From: Candidatus Micrarchaeota archaeon
Lineage (GTDB): Archaea; Micrarchaeota; Micrarchaeia; Anstonellales; Anstonellaceae
Direction: 5' to 3'
Length of the DNA stretch: 64,000 bases
NCBI GenBank assembly: GCA_026414185.1
Contig: JAOAJL010000002.1
Span: 11,075-75,074 of the forward strand
Positions 51,859-60,685 of this stretch are shown piece after piece (within the stretch, counting starts at the first letter, position 1; every line of letters starts with the position of its first letter). Below the pieces are notes generated by a model. That model searched no databases. It worked only from the letters and a program-made list of their open reading frames with translations, and was not told where the DNA came from. Position numbers and translations under genes: made by a program.

Positions 51859-52560
51859 TTAGGTGCAGCTAGACGGAAGACACGTGCCACTCACGCATTC
51901 AAAGTTTCGTCCGTAGAGGTCTTCACATTCCTCATTGCTTTTGCAGTAGAAATACTCATGGCAGGGAATGAAAAGCTTCTGGGTGCCTCGCTGAAGCTTT
52001 AGCAGCCCCCTTGTTTCATAGTATATATCCACATCGGCAAGCACATAGGGGTTTATTGAGTTCCATCCCTGCGCCACAGAACTGCAAAAACCAAAAGCCG
52101 GCATCACTACCACAAACTTTTCCTTTTTTGGGTTAAGCACAATATCCGGGCAGCTCAGATTTCTATGTAGCAGCCCAGTGCAGCTTCTAAAGTTTTCCGT
52201 GGAAACAATCGGTTCTCCAGCAATGCCCCCCTGCCCTACCACAATATCTCCTTCTACAAAAAGCGGACTATTGGTGGAGCCGCTTATGTTGATTCCCCTG
52301 ATGTATATCCTGCTGCTTTCCATATTTTTGAGCTTCAAAAGAAACCCCTGTGCGTTAGATGAACAGGAATAAGAGGTTCTTCCGCCCAGTGCCCCAACTA
52401 TCGCAATGGGCTTTGCAGTGCTCCAATAAAGCTCCGACTGTGTCTGCCTGATGTCAGGCGTAACCTTTGGATAAAAAAGAAGAAGGCTGACAACAACGAT
52501 GGCAATAACAAGCACGGCGGCAAGAAGCATGAGGTATTCAGAGGAGCCTTGCGCCTTCAT
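51859..52560 (-). CDS. prepilin-like protein (paralogue of 50163-50837) with Cys-rich C-terminal region, 233 aa
   Basis: MKAQG/SSEYLMLLAAVLVIAIVVVSLLL...SELYWSTAKPIAIV. C-terminal CHEYFYCKSNEECEDLYGRNFECVSGTCLPSSC. TATA-like GCATTAAAAGCC about 26 nt upstream. Confidence 0.75.
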   Translation of the reverse strand: MKAQGSSEYLMLLAAVLVIAIVVVSLLLFYPKVTPDIRQTQSELYWSTAKPIAIVGALGGRTSYSCSSNAQGFLLKLKNMESSRIYIRGINISGSTNSPLFVEGDIVVGQGGIAGEPIVSTENFRSCTGLLHRNLSCPDIVLNPKKEKFVVVMPAFGFCSSVAQGWNSINPYVLADVDIYYETRGLLKLQRGTQKLFIPCHEYFYCKSNEECEDLYGRNFECVSGTCLPSSCT

Positions 52561-52644
52561 AAAACAATCTCGCTTTGTAGCATTAAAAGCCTATGCTCGT
52601 GCTCCCATTATCCAATTATATTAATTGCGGACAAAAACGGCATT

Positions 52645-53070
52645 ATGGCATGGAAGATGGACGAAATTGACCGGAAAATACTTGCAATCCTGCGCGAAAA
52701 CGCAAATATCCCAAATGCCGCCCTTGGAAAAAAGGTAGGGCTTTCAGAGCCCGCGGCGCGAAGGCGGGTGGCAAACCTCCTAAAGCGAGGAGTAATACGC
52801 AGATTCACAATTGAAGTCTCGCAGGCAGGCGCGGTTTCAGCCATCGTCTTTGTTCGCGCCTCCCCGCAGATTCCTCTTCCAAGGATAGCAGGCGAGATTT
52901 CCAAAGTTGATGGGGTCGGCTTCCTCTACGAGCTTTCAGGGCAGATAGACATCGCCTTTAGCATATTTGCGCAGGACATAGAGTCCCTCAATGCGAAAAT
53001 AGACGCCATCCGGGAAATTAAGGGCGTGGAAAAGACCGAGCTGGCGATAATAATGAAAAAATGGAGGTGA
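52645..53070 (+). CDS. Lrp/AsnC-family transcriptional regulator
   Basis: Start ATG 52645 (MAWKMDEIDRKILAILRENANIPNAALGKKVGLSEPAARRRV...), an HTH plus RAM-like C-domain. TATA-like AATTATATTAATTG about 25 nt upstream. Confidence 0.85.
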   Translation: MAWKMDEIDRKILAILRENANIPNAALGKKVGLSEPAARRRVANLLKRGVIRRFTIEVSQAGAVSAIVFVRASPQIPLPRIAGEISKVDGVGFLYELSGQIDIAFSIFAQDIESLNAKIDAIREIKGVEKTELAIIMKKWR

Positions 53071-53087
53071 AAAAGGCAAACCCTGCC

Positions 53088-53426
53088 TTAGCAGCCGTGC
53101 GCCTGCGTAGCCGTCGGAGTGGGGTTTTGGTTCTTCTTTATCGCTCCTATCTTTTCAAGATGGGCGATTCTGAAAAGCACTGTTTCCGGCGCAAAGCCAA
53201 GCTTTTTGCCTATTTTTTCGGCAATCTGCTGGTTGTTCATGCCCTCTGACGCCAGCCAGGCGTAATCCCTAAGGATGCGCTTCTCAATCTTCTTGCGGTT
53301 GTTGAAAAGCTTGCGGTCAATAAATTCCCTGGAGCTTGGCACAAGGTAGCGCCTGAAAAAAGCGCCGATTCTGCTTTGCTCTTTGCCCAAGGCTACAACG
53401 CCGTTTTGGCTTTTCATGCTCTGCAT
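53088..53426 (-). CDS. small hypothetical protein, possible HTH
   Basis: 112 aa. GMNNQQIAEKIGKKLGFAPETVLFRIAHLEKIG looks HTH-like. Confidence 0.5.
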   Translation of the reverse strand: MQSMKSQNGVVALGKEQSRIGAFFRRYLVPSSREFIDRKLFNNRKKIEKRILRDYAWLASEGMNNQQIAEKIGKKLGFAPETVLFRIAHLEKIGAIKKNQNPTPTATQAHGC

Positions 53427-53441
53427 TTTTCCACCTCCAAT

Positions 53442-54581
53442 TCATTCAAGCATCTTCTGCAATAGCAGAGGCATCTTCCCTGCCAGCAGCAGAAAGTCCG
53501 ATTTTGAAACCCATTCTTCCGCAGAATGCGCGCCCCCTCCTTTAGGCCCAATGGTTATCACCGGCATCTCAAGCGCAAGTATGTTCTCATCCGCAACGGT
53601 CATCCCCCAGGAGAGGGATGGCTTGCCAAAATGCAGCCTGTAAAGGGATAGGAATTTTCGGACCTGCGGGTTGCGAAAATCTGTCCTGTAAGGCGCAAGA
53701 TAGGGCGTCTTTCTTTTGGGTATGCAGACGGACCAGCTGCTTCCTTGCGGAAGTTTCAGCCCCCGCAGGTGCTTTCTTATGTGCGCAAGCAGGCTTTCCG
53801 GCGTGTGCGGCGGGGCGTAGTGGGCGTCCAGTTCCAGAACCGCATCCACAGGGACGGAAAGGAAAGATGAATCAGAAGCCAGTTTGCGTATGAAAAGCCG
53901 GCATCTTCCGAACGTGCTTTTTGGAATTGGGACCCTGCCGAGGGCTCTGCCAAGCCTAATGCTGAGGTCTATCGCGTTTACCCCAAGCTCCACTGCTCCG
54001 TGGGCTGCCTTGCCCCTGATGCGGAAGTGGAAGACTGTCCTGCCCCGCCGTCCGAGGATTATCGGCGGACGCCCATTTCCCCTGGCTTTCCAGCCAGGCG
54101 CATCCGGTATCTCGTGGCATATCGCAAGCGAGCAGTGCCGGTAGTGTCCTGCCCTCTGCGCTGCCCAAGTTCCTTCCGAAATGTTCTCCTCGTCAGCAGT
54201 AAGCACTATCCTGATGCCTCTTTTAGCCGGTCTGCAGTATTTTGCGCACAAAAGCACAAGGGCAAGCCCTGCCTTCATGTCAAAGCAGCCAAGCCCAAGT
54301 ATCCTGTCGCCTGCTGTCCGCATGCGAAAGGGGTTTCTCCTGCCGTAATCGCACGGCGGGACGGTGTCAAGATGGGCTGAGAGAAGCAGGCTGCCTTTTC
54401 TTTTCCCCTTCTGGGCAATCACGTTGAAGCGGTTGGGCGCAAACTCCTCAAGCCGGACAGAAAAGCCGCACTGCTGAAGGTAGGAAGCGCAGAATTCGGC
54501 GAGCCTGCGCTCGCGCGGAAAGACCGAATTTATGGAAATTAGCTTCCGCAAGAGAGAAAGGGCTTCAGAATCCTCTGCCAT
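53442..54581 (-). CDS. M20-family metallopeptidase/deacylase (ArgE/DapE-like)
   Basis: LLRKLISINSVFPRE... and LLSAHLDTVPP motifs. 379 aa. Overlaps the upstream gene by 17 nt. Confidence 0.75.
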   Translation of the reverse strand: MAEDSEALSLLRKLISINSVFPRERRLAEFCASYLQQCGFSVRLEEFAPNRFNVIAQKGKRKGSLLLSAHLDTVPPCDYGRRNPFRMRTAGDRILGLGCFDMKAGLALVLLCAKYCRPAKRGIRIVLTADEENISEGTWAAQRAGHYRHCSLAICHEIPDAPGWKARGNGRPPIILGRRGRTVFHFRIRGKAAHGAVELGVNAIDLSIRLGRALGRVPIPKSTFGRCRLFIRKLASDSSFLSVPVDAVLELDAHYAPPHTPESLLAHIRKHLRGLKLPQGSSWSVCIPKRKTPYLAPYRTDFRNPQVRKFLSLYRLHFGKPSLSWGMTVADENILALEMPVITIGPKGGGAHSAEEWVSKSDFLLLAGKMPLLLQKMLE

Positions 54582-55656
54582 AAAAATTCACCGCAGGCTT
54601 CTGGCTTTTCTTGGCATCCGGAATGATTCCGCGCGCCTGGAGAGAGCCGTAAGTAGGCAGGCAGTCTGAGTTGAAGGCGCGGTTTTTCATCCTGTTTTCC
54701 AAAACAAGCCTCTGCGTTTTTTCATCTCGCAAGAACATCCCAAGCCCGCGCACCACAGCATTATTTTTCGTCTGGTAGTTGCGCACCCTCAAGTCCATCA
54801 CGCCATCGCCCTTCCTTATCGGCGTGCCGCTTGATGTGATTATGGCAGGCCCGTGGTCCACAAGCTCATCAACCACATGCAAAGTCGCGCCGGTGGTTGC
54901 CCTGGCTACCCCGCCCTGCCCTGCGGAAATGCGCACCTGCCCATCCAAAAACTCGTGCTTCACGCCAGTCCTTTCAAATATCCTTCTCATTGCACCTTCA
55001 TTGCCGTTCCTGCGGATATGCAAATCCATTCCTGAAGCAAGCTGGCTGAAAGCATCGTGCTTCTCTTGCCTGCTTTCAGCGTAAAGCACTGAGCGAAGGC
55101 GCGCGTCTGCAGTGGGGGTTATGCCGGGCACCTCGCTTGCAATGCCCGGATGTATGTTGAGTATCAGCCCTCGGTAGCCCTCCTTTTCATCAAGCATGAC
55201 CGAGTTGAAAAGCACGGCGTAGGAGTCGGAAAGCACCAAGTCTATGTTCTTTTCGCGCAGGAAGGACAAAAGCCTCCTTTCGTATTCCACCTTTGCCTGG
55301 TGCTTTTGCGGGTTGGCAACCTTCTGCCCGCCCTCCTCTATCCTTGAGGGCATGCTTCGCCAGCCTGAAGACTCCTCAACATGAAAAGCAATCCCGCGGG
55401 TCCGGCAAAACTCCTCAAGGAACTGAAACGATTTCATCTTGCCTGTGCCATTGCCAACCCCGTTGTCATCAACTATGACAGCGGCAATCTCCAAATTTTT
55501 CACATTTGGGTTTCCTGCTTCAATTGCGCGCTGCAGGTATTCCAGCGTTGGCACTATGCGGCTGTCGCTTCCAACCCCCTCCTTTTCAAGCTCCCGCGGG
55601 GAAGTTATGTATGCCAGCCTTATCTTTCTCTCCGGCTGAGCCTGCCTTTCTTCCAT
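54565..55656 (-). CDS. divergent formyltransferase-fold protein (PurN/Fmt-like catalytic core with large insertions)
   Basis: LILNIHPGIASEVPG (Asn-x-His) and GATLHVVDELVDHGPAII (Asp) resemble the formyl-transfer core. 363 aa. TATA-like box about 29 nt upstream of ATG 55656. Confidence 0.6.
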   Translation of the reverse strand: MEERQAQPERKIRLAYITSPRELEKEGVGSDSRIVPTLEYLQRAIEAGNPNVKNLEIAAVIVDDNGVGNGTGKMKSFQFLEEFCRTRGIAFHVEESSGWRSMPSRIEEGGQKVANPQKHQAKVEYERRLLSFLREKNIDLVLSDSYAVLFNSVMLDEKEGYRGLILNIHPGIASEVPGITPTADARLRSVLYAESRQEKHDAFSQLASGMDLHIRRNGNEGAMRRIFERTGVKHEFLDGQVRISAGQGGVARATTGATLHVVDELVDHGPAIITSSGTPIRKGDGVMDLRVRNYQTKNNAVVRGLGMFLRDEKTQRLVLENRMKNRAFNSDCLPTYGSLQARGIIPDAKKSQKPAVNFYGRGF

Positions 55657-55851
55657 GGCTTTGCTTCTGGGGGCATCAGTTTAAAAACTAATCGTTATTT
55701 TGCAACTAAAAAAGAAACAAAAAATGTAAAATAGTTATAAATTCGTCATTTTTTTAAGTCAGAAAGACTAAAAAAGTCGTAAGAATCCAGCCTTGCGCCT
55801 TCAGCAAACAATTAATAGGGTGAGGACTGCATCCTTGCCATCGGTGGGGCG

Positions 55852-57075
55852 ATGGTTGAGAGGATTGGCAGGCAGGCAATAAGGCTTCACCGCAAGGCAA
55901 AAGGCAAGCTTGCGGTCTTGCCCAAGGTTGACTGCAGCACAAAAAGAGGGCTTTCCCTCGCCTATACCCCGGGAGTTGCGGCGGTTTCTCAGGAAATAGC
56001 GCGCAAGCCAGATGCCGTCTATGAGCTGACCTCAAAATGGAACACGGTCGCCGTAGTTTCTGATGGAAGCAGGGTGCTTGGCTTGGGCAACATAGGTCCC
56101 CTTGCCGCTCTTCCTGTCATGGAAGGCAAGGCGGCGCTTTTCAAGTCCTATGCGGCGATAGACGCCTGGCCTATTTGCCTTTCCTGCCGCTCGGAGGACG
56201 AGGTGGTTGCCGCAGTGGAGGCAATCTCCCCCTCATTTGGCGGGATAAACCTGGAAGACATAGAGTCTCCCAAGTGCTTCTCGGTGGAGCGGCGGCTTGT
56301 CTCCGCGCTTGACATACCTGTTTTCCACGACGACCAGCATGGCACTGCGGTTGTGGCGCTTGCAGGGCTTGCAAATGCTCTTGAGCTTGTGGGGAAGAAA
56401 AAGCAAAATGCGAAGGTTGTTTTGGCAGGCGCAGGCGCGGCTGGCTATGCCATCGCAAAGCTCCTTGTCGCAGAAGGGTTCTCAGAGGTGCTGGTGTGCG
56501 ACCGCAGCGGGCTGATAAGCAGAGAGAATGCCAAAGAGGCGCACAAGCGCGAGCTTGCCGAAATCACAAACAGGGGTTGCTTGGAAGGCAGCCTCAAAGA
56601 TGCTCTTGCCGGCGCGGACGCATTTATCGGGGTCTCATCGCCCAACATACTGTCAGCCGCGGATGTGAAATCAATGGCGTCCTCACCAATCATCTTCGCA
56701 CTGTCCAATCCCGTTCCTGAAATCTCTCCAGCTGAGGCGAAAAAGGGCGGGGCTGCCATATACGGAACTGCTCGGGCTGACCTGCCCAACCAGATAAACA
56801 ACGTGCTTGGCTTCCCAGGCATTTTCAGGGGCGCGCTTTTCGTTCGCGCAAGAAGGATTTCCGACGCAATGAAGCTTGCCGCCTCGCACGCGATTGCCAA
56901 GGTGCTGGACGGTGAGCTTTCAGAGGAAAAAGTCGTGCCTGACGCATTTGACAGGCGAGTGGTGCCGGCAGTGGCAAGGGCAGTTGCGGCAAAGGCAATG
57001 CAGGAGGGGCTGGCAAGGATAAAAAGAACCAGAAGGCAAATCTCCTGTGAGCTTGAAAAGCTTGGCCTTGAATAA
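55852..57075 (+). CDS. NAD(P)-dependent malic enzyme (short prokaryotic form)
   Basis: LSLAYTPGVAAVSQEI, VVSDGSRVLGLGNIG, GINLEDI and VLAGAGAAG motifs. 407 aa. Confidence 0.9.
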   Translation: MVERIGRQAIRLHRKAKGKLAVLPKVDCSTKRGLSLAYTPGVAAVSQEIARKPDAVYELTSKWNTVAVVSDGSRVLGLGNIGPLAALPVMEGKAALFKSYAAIDAWPICLSCRSEDEVVAAVEAISPSFGGINLEDIESPKCFSVERRLVSALDIPVFHDDQHGTAVVALAGLANALELVGKKKQNAKVVLAGAGAAGYAIAKLLVAEGFSEVLVCDRSGLISRENAKEAHKRELAEITNRGCLEGSLKDALAGADAFIGVSSPNILSAADVKSMASSPIIFALSNPVPEISPAEAKKGGAAIYGTARADLPNQINNVLGFPGIFRGALFVRARRISDAMKLAASHAIAKVLDGELSEEKVVPDAFDRRVVPAVARAVAAKAMQEGLARIKRTRRQISCELEKLGLE

Positions 57076-57134
57076 GCGCTTTCGCATTTCCAAAACTCTT
57101 TTTAATCTCCGCTGGAAATAGGCGCATATCCAAT

Positions 57135-59153
57135 ATGGGCAAGGGCAAGGGGGATGCTTGCCTTGCCGGGGTGGGGCTTATGCGTGCGTTTGCAGTATTT
57201 GCTTTTCTTGCTTTCTGTGCATCATCTTTTGCCTCTTTCAGCTTCCTCTATTCCTTCAACGGCTCCAACCCAGATGACAATAGCGATTACTTCCAGTTCT
57301 CAAGGCCCGTGGGGCTCCTTCGTGTCGGAGCAAGCCTCTACGTTTCGGATGCGGGCAAAGGAGCCGTTTATGTGGTAAGCCCCCAGCTGCCAAACCGGAC
57401 AGGCATGATAGGCTCAATGCGCTCATTTGACAGCCCCCTTAGAATGGCTTATTCGGGTGGGCTTCTCTATATTCCTGACGGGGCGAAAATAAAAGTCTGG
57501 GAAGGCGCAGGTTCAGAAGTCCTGGACTGGTCGCAGGGAAGCAACTTCATCCGCGCTTCATCCATCCTTCCAGAAGGCGAAACCGTCTATATCTCGGACC
57601 TTGACAGAGGCAAGGTCTTTGCCTATTCAAACTCAACGCGCGGCTATTCTCGTGTCGCGATTGAAAGCGGGCCTTCCGACGGCTTTCTCTCTTCGCCACA
57701 GCAAATCAAAAAATACAAGGGCAGGTATTTCGTCTCCGATTCTGCCAAAAAGCTCATCTTTGTCTATAACGAGTCTTTCGGCTTTTTGGGCTCAATAGGG
57801 CGTGGCAGGGGCAGCATAGAGCTTCTCTCCCCCAGAGGAATTGACATAGCGCATGAGAGGCTGTATGTCGCCGATGCAAGCGCAAACAGGGTGGTGGTGT
57901 TCAGCCTTGACGGCTATCCGATAGAAGTGCTGAATGCAAGCACTCCTGAAGGAAACTTCTCCTACCCAGAGGGGGTGATGGTGGACGGGGAACGGCTCTT
58001 CGTGGCAGACAGCGGCAACAGGCTGCTCAAGGTGTTCTCCATCAACCTATCGGTCGGAAATGACAGCGTGCGGGCTTCCATTCTCTCAGCCAACTATTCC
58101 GTTTCAAGGCTTCTGGAACTGCAGGCAGTCGCATCAAAGCTCTCACTGCCCTCCGACCCGTCAAGCTCAATTGAGGACTTGGCAGCCGCGCAGCAGGACT
58201 ATGACCACTTCCTCTTTTCCTCAGCTTCCGTCCTTGCGCAGCGTGCGTCGCAGAAAGCCGAATCCGACTACAATGCTTTGGCACAGGCAGTTGAGCTCAA
58301 AGTGCGCAGGATAGTAAAAGAGCAGCAAGAGCGCCTTCTGCCTTACCGCAGCAGACTGTCAGGCAAGCCGCCTCTGCTCTTTTCGCAGTTTGACAACAAG
58401 GTGGCAGACATAAACGCCAAGCTTTCCTCAAAGTCATATTCTGCCGCAGCAGAAGCCGCCTTGTCGTTGCCCAATCTGGCTTCACAAGCCATCGCAAGCG
58501 CAGAGAGCCAGCAGAAAGAGGAGATGGAAAGAAAAGAAGGGAAAGTCGCAAAGGAGATGCTTGCCCGCATGGCTGATGCAGTTGGCAGGCTTGACGCCCT
58601 CAAGCAGAAGGCGGCGCAATACCGCCAGCCAATAAACACGTCCCTTTCCGAAGCGCTCATAGCAGAAGCAAACCGCTCTGCGCGAGAGGGCGACCTGCAG
58701 TCATTCAACCGCACCATTTCGCTTGCCATTCTGGAAATAGAATCATTTGAAGCGACGGTTTCTTCTTCCGCAGGTGAGATAGACTCCGCCCTTTCAGCCA
58801 TCTCATCCGCAGAGGCAAAGATGAATGAAACCATCTCAAAGCCGGTTCTTCTTGCGCCAGACTTTTCTGAGGAGAGGCGCCTTGTGGCACAGGCAAGGGA
58901 AACCGCATTTTCCAGCCCAGCCCTCGCAGTGAAGATGGCGCAGGATGCGCAGAAATCCGCCGAAAGAAAGATGGAGGAGGCCCGGGCACTTTCAGTGGCT
59001 GTTGCGGCAGTGCTGATTGTCGTGATAATGATAGCTGTCCTGGCAGCCGCCTTCTACCTCCACCTTCTTAGGCGAAGGGCAGAAGCCGAGAAAAAGAGGG
59101 CAAGGCAGGACAAGAAGGCTCGGCAGGGACAAGAAAGCAGGCAAGGGGGCTAG
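57135..59153 (+). CDS. surface protein: signal peptide, NHL-repeat beta-propeller, long helical region, C-terminal TM and basic tail
   Basis: 5-6 NHL-like repeats (…GKGAVYVVSP, RGKVFAYSNS, AKKLIFVYNES, ANRVVVFSLDG, GNRLLKVFSIN). About 330 aa is Ala/Ser/Glu/Gln-rich helical region. TM is VAVAAVLIVVIMIAVLAAAFYL, followed by an RRRAEAEKKRARQDKKARQ tail. Confidence 0.75.
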   Translation: MGKGKGDACLAGVGLMRAFAVFAFLAFCASSFASFSFLYSFNGSNPDDNSDYFQFSRPVGLLRVGASLYVSDAGKGAVYVVSPQLPNRTGMIGSMRSFDSPLRMAYSGGLLYIPDGAKIKVWEGAGSEVLDWSQGSNFIRASSILPEGETVYISDLDRGKVFAYSNSTRGYSRVAIESGPSDGFLSSPQQIKKYKGRYFVSDSAKKLIFVYNESFGFLGSIGRGRGSIELLSPRGIDIAHERLYVADASANRVVVFSLDGYPIEVLNASTPEGNFSYPEGVMVDGERLFVADSGNRLLKVFSINLSVGNDSVRASILSANYSVSRLLELQAVASKLSLPSDPSSSIEDLAAAQQDYDHFLFSSASVLAQRASQKAESDYNALAQAVELKVRRIVKEQQERLLPYRSRLSGKPPLLFSQFDNKVADINAKLSSKSYSAAAEAALSLPNLASQAIASAESQQKEEMERKEGKVAKEMLARMADAVGRLDALKQKAAQYRQPINTSLSEALIAEANRSAREGDLQSFNRTISLAILEIESFEATVSSSAGEIDSALSAISSAEAKMNETISKPVLLAPDFSEERRLVAQARETAFSSPALAVKMAQDAQKSAERKMEEARALSVAVAAVLIVVIMIAVLAAAFYLHLLRRRAEAEKKRARQDKKARQGQESRQGG

Positions 59154-59159
59154 CATCCC

Positions 59160-59846
59160 ATGCAGTTGCAGGCAAAGCTGAATGCGCAGACCGCCCTTGC
59201 GTTATGTTCAGCCGCGCTTTCAGCTTCCGGCATGCTGCTTTTGGCAGTTTCCTACCTTTTCGTCTTCCTTTCAATTGGCAACCTCAGCGCCGCGGTTATG
59301 CCAAGGCTTGATGAGGCAGAAGCCCTGCTTGGCTTTGCGGCTGAAACGACAGGTTCGCTGTCCGGCTCACTTGGCGGCATAAGGCAAGCCGAAGATTCGG
59401 CGGCTGACTCCCTTGAAAACTACGCCTCCTCCACTTCCGAGCTTGCCGCCAGCCTTTCAAGCATAGCTTCAATCCCTCCATTCTCCCTTGACAGCCGCCT
59501 TTCATCTGCCGCATCCAGGCTGAAGTCAGCCTCAGCCTCATTTTCAAACGCAAGCGCGGCTCTGCGCCTTGCGGCAAATTCAGCCTCAGCCTCGCAATCT
59601 TCTCTCTCACAGGCGCAGCAGAGCCTTTATGATGCCAAAAATTCGCTTTCAGTTGCCAAAGCCGCCTTTCAGCAGATGTTTTGGAGCCTGCACATAGGTT
59701 CCCTTGCGGCTTTTGTTGCCCTTGAAGCCATCTGCGGCTCTGTTTTTCTTCTTTCAGCTTCTTCCCTGCATTCAGCCGGATTTTCATTTTTCGGAAAGGC
59801 AGGCGGGGGCAAAGAGGGCGGAAAAGGCGGGCAGCTCAAATCCTAA
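59160..59846 (+). CDS. Ser/Ala-rich membrane protein (N- and C-terminal TM helices)
   Basis: Begins 7 nt after the previous stop. Two hydrophobic helices flank a low-complexity S/A-rich helical segment. Gly/Lys-rich tail. Confidence 0.55.
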   Translation: MQLQAKLNAQTALALCSAALSASGMLLLAVSYLFVFLSIGNLSAAVMPRLDEAEALLGFAAETTGSLSGSLGGIRQAEDSAADSLENYASSTSELAASLSSIASIPPFSLDSRLSSAASRLKSASASFSNASAALRLAANSASASQSSLSQAQQSLYDAKNSLSVAKAAFQQMFWSLHIGSLAAFVALEAICGSVFLLSASSLHSAGFSFFGKAGGGKEGGKGGQLKS

Positions 59847-60619
59847 GCCCTGCCGTTGAGCACCTCAAGTATCCTGCTGTGCTGCCTTCCGTTTGACGAA
59901 ACGAAGCGACGCGTTTCAAGCGTCCAGGCCCTGCCCTCAAAGTCAGTCACCCTTCCGCCTGCCCTCTCAACTATGAATGCCGCGGCGGCAAAGTCATAGG
60001 GCTTGAGCTTGAAGTCAATCTCGGCATCCGCAACTGCGCATGCCACATAGCCCATATTGTGCACTGCCGAGCCCAGAAAGCGCGTGTGCCGGCTCATCCT
60101 TTCAAGGGCAACCACATTTGGAAGGAGCCCCTGCTCCGCAATCACGTGGAGCCTGCTGTCGCAAAGCAGGAAGAAGTCCTCAAGCCTTGCCGTGGAAGAA
60201 ACGCTTATCTTCTTGCCGTTCAGCGTGCTTTGGGCGCCTTTCTCCGCATAAAACAGCTGGCGCTGGGGTATCAGGTAAATCCCGCCCGCAGTGGGCTTTC
60301 CTCCGCAGAAGTGCGCAATTGAAACCCCATAAAGCGGGATGCCGGCGGCAAAGTTGTGCGTGCCGTCAATGGGGTCAACCACGAAAAGCGAATCTGCAAG
60401 CAGGTCGCTATTTAGGTAGTTTTCCTCGGAAAGCACAAGCGAGTCCGGATAGTGCCTGCGTATCCTGCCGACTATCAGCCGCTCAGAAGCAAAGTCAGCG
60501 GAAGTTGCCCAGTCGTTCCTTCCTTTAGACGTTATCTTCAAACCCTTTTTTTTCTCCCGCTCAATCGCCTCTGCGGCGGAAAGGAGGCAGGATTGTATGA
60601 AGTTGCGCATGGAAGCCAT
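59843..60619 (-). CDS. inositol monophosphatase/fructose-1,6-bisphosphatase family protein
   Basis: Start ATG 60619 (MASMRNFIQS...). Motifs WATSADFASERLI, FVVDPIDGTHNF and AAAFIVERAGG. Confidence 0.85.
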   Translation of the reverse strand: MASMRNFIQSCLLSAAEAIEREKKKGLKITSKGRNDWATSADFASERLIVGRIRRHYPDSLVLSEENYLNSDLLADSLFVVDPIDGTHNFAAGIPLYGVSIAHFCGGKPTAGGIYLIPQRQLFYAEKGAQSTLNGKKISVSSTARLEDFFLLCDSRLHVIAEQGLLPNVVALERMSRHTRFLGSAVHNMGYVACAVADAEIDFKLKPYDFAAAAFIVERAGGRVTDFEGRAWTLETRRFVSSNGRQHSRILEVLNGRA

Positions 60620-60685
60620 GTTGGGAAGAAAGCAAAAGAAAGAATAAAAAGAGAGAGGAGTGCGCCTTCCTCTCATCCCCTTTAT

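Noticed and set aside
50156-52650. Integrated mobile element at tRNA-Gly(TCC), with att repeat and integrase
   Set aside because: Lower GC is visible, but I found no integrase gene and no copy of the tRNA 3' segment (ATCCCGGCGTCCGCA) at the distal end by eye. It is reported only as a compositional islet.
55657-55851. AT-rich spacer as a replication origin
   Set aside because: There is no adjacent orc1/cdc6 and no ORB or mini-ORB-like inverted repeats. A divergent-promoter explanation is sufficient.
59296-59787. 163-aa minus-strand ORF opposite the Ser/Ala-rich membrane protein
   Set aside because: The plus-strand frame has terminal TM helices and is coupled (7-nt gap) to the upstream gene. 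The minus ORF is Arg/Gln/Lys low-complexity. Confidence in the plus ORF is still only moderate.
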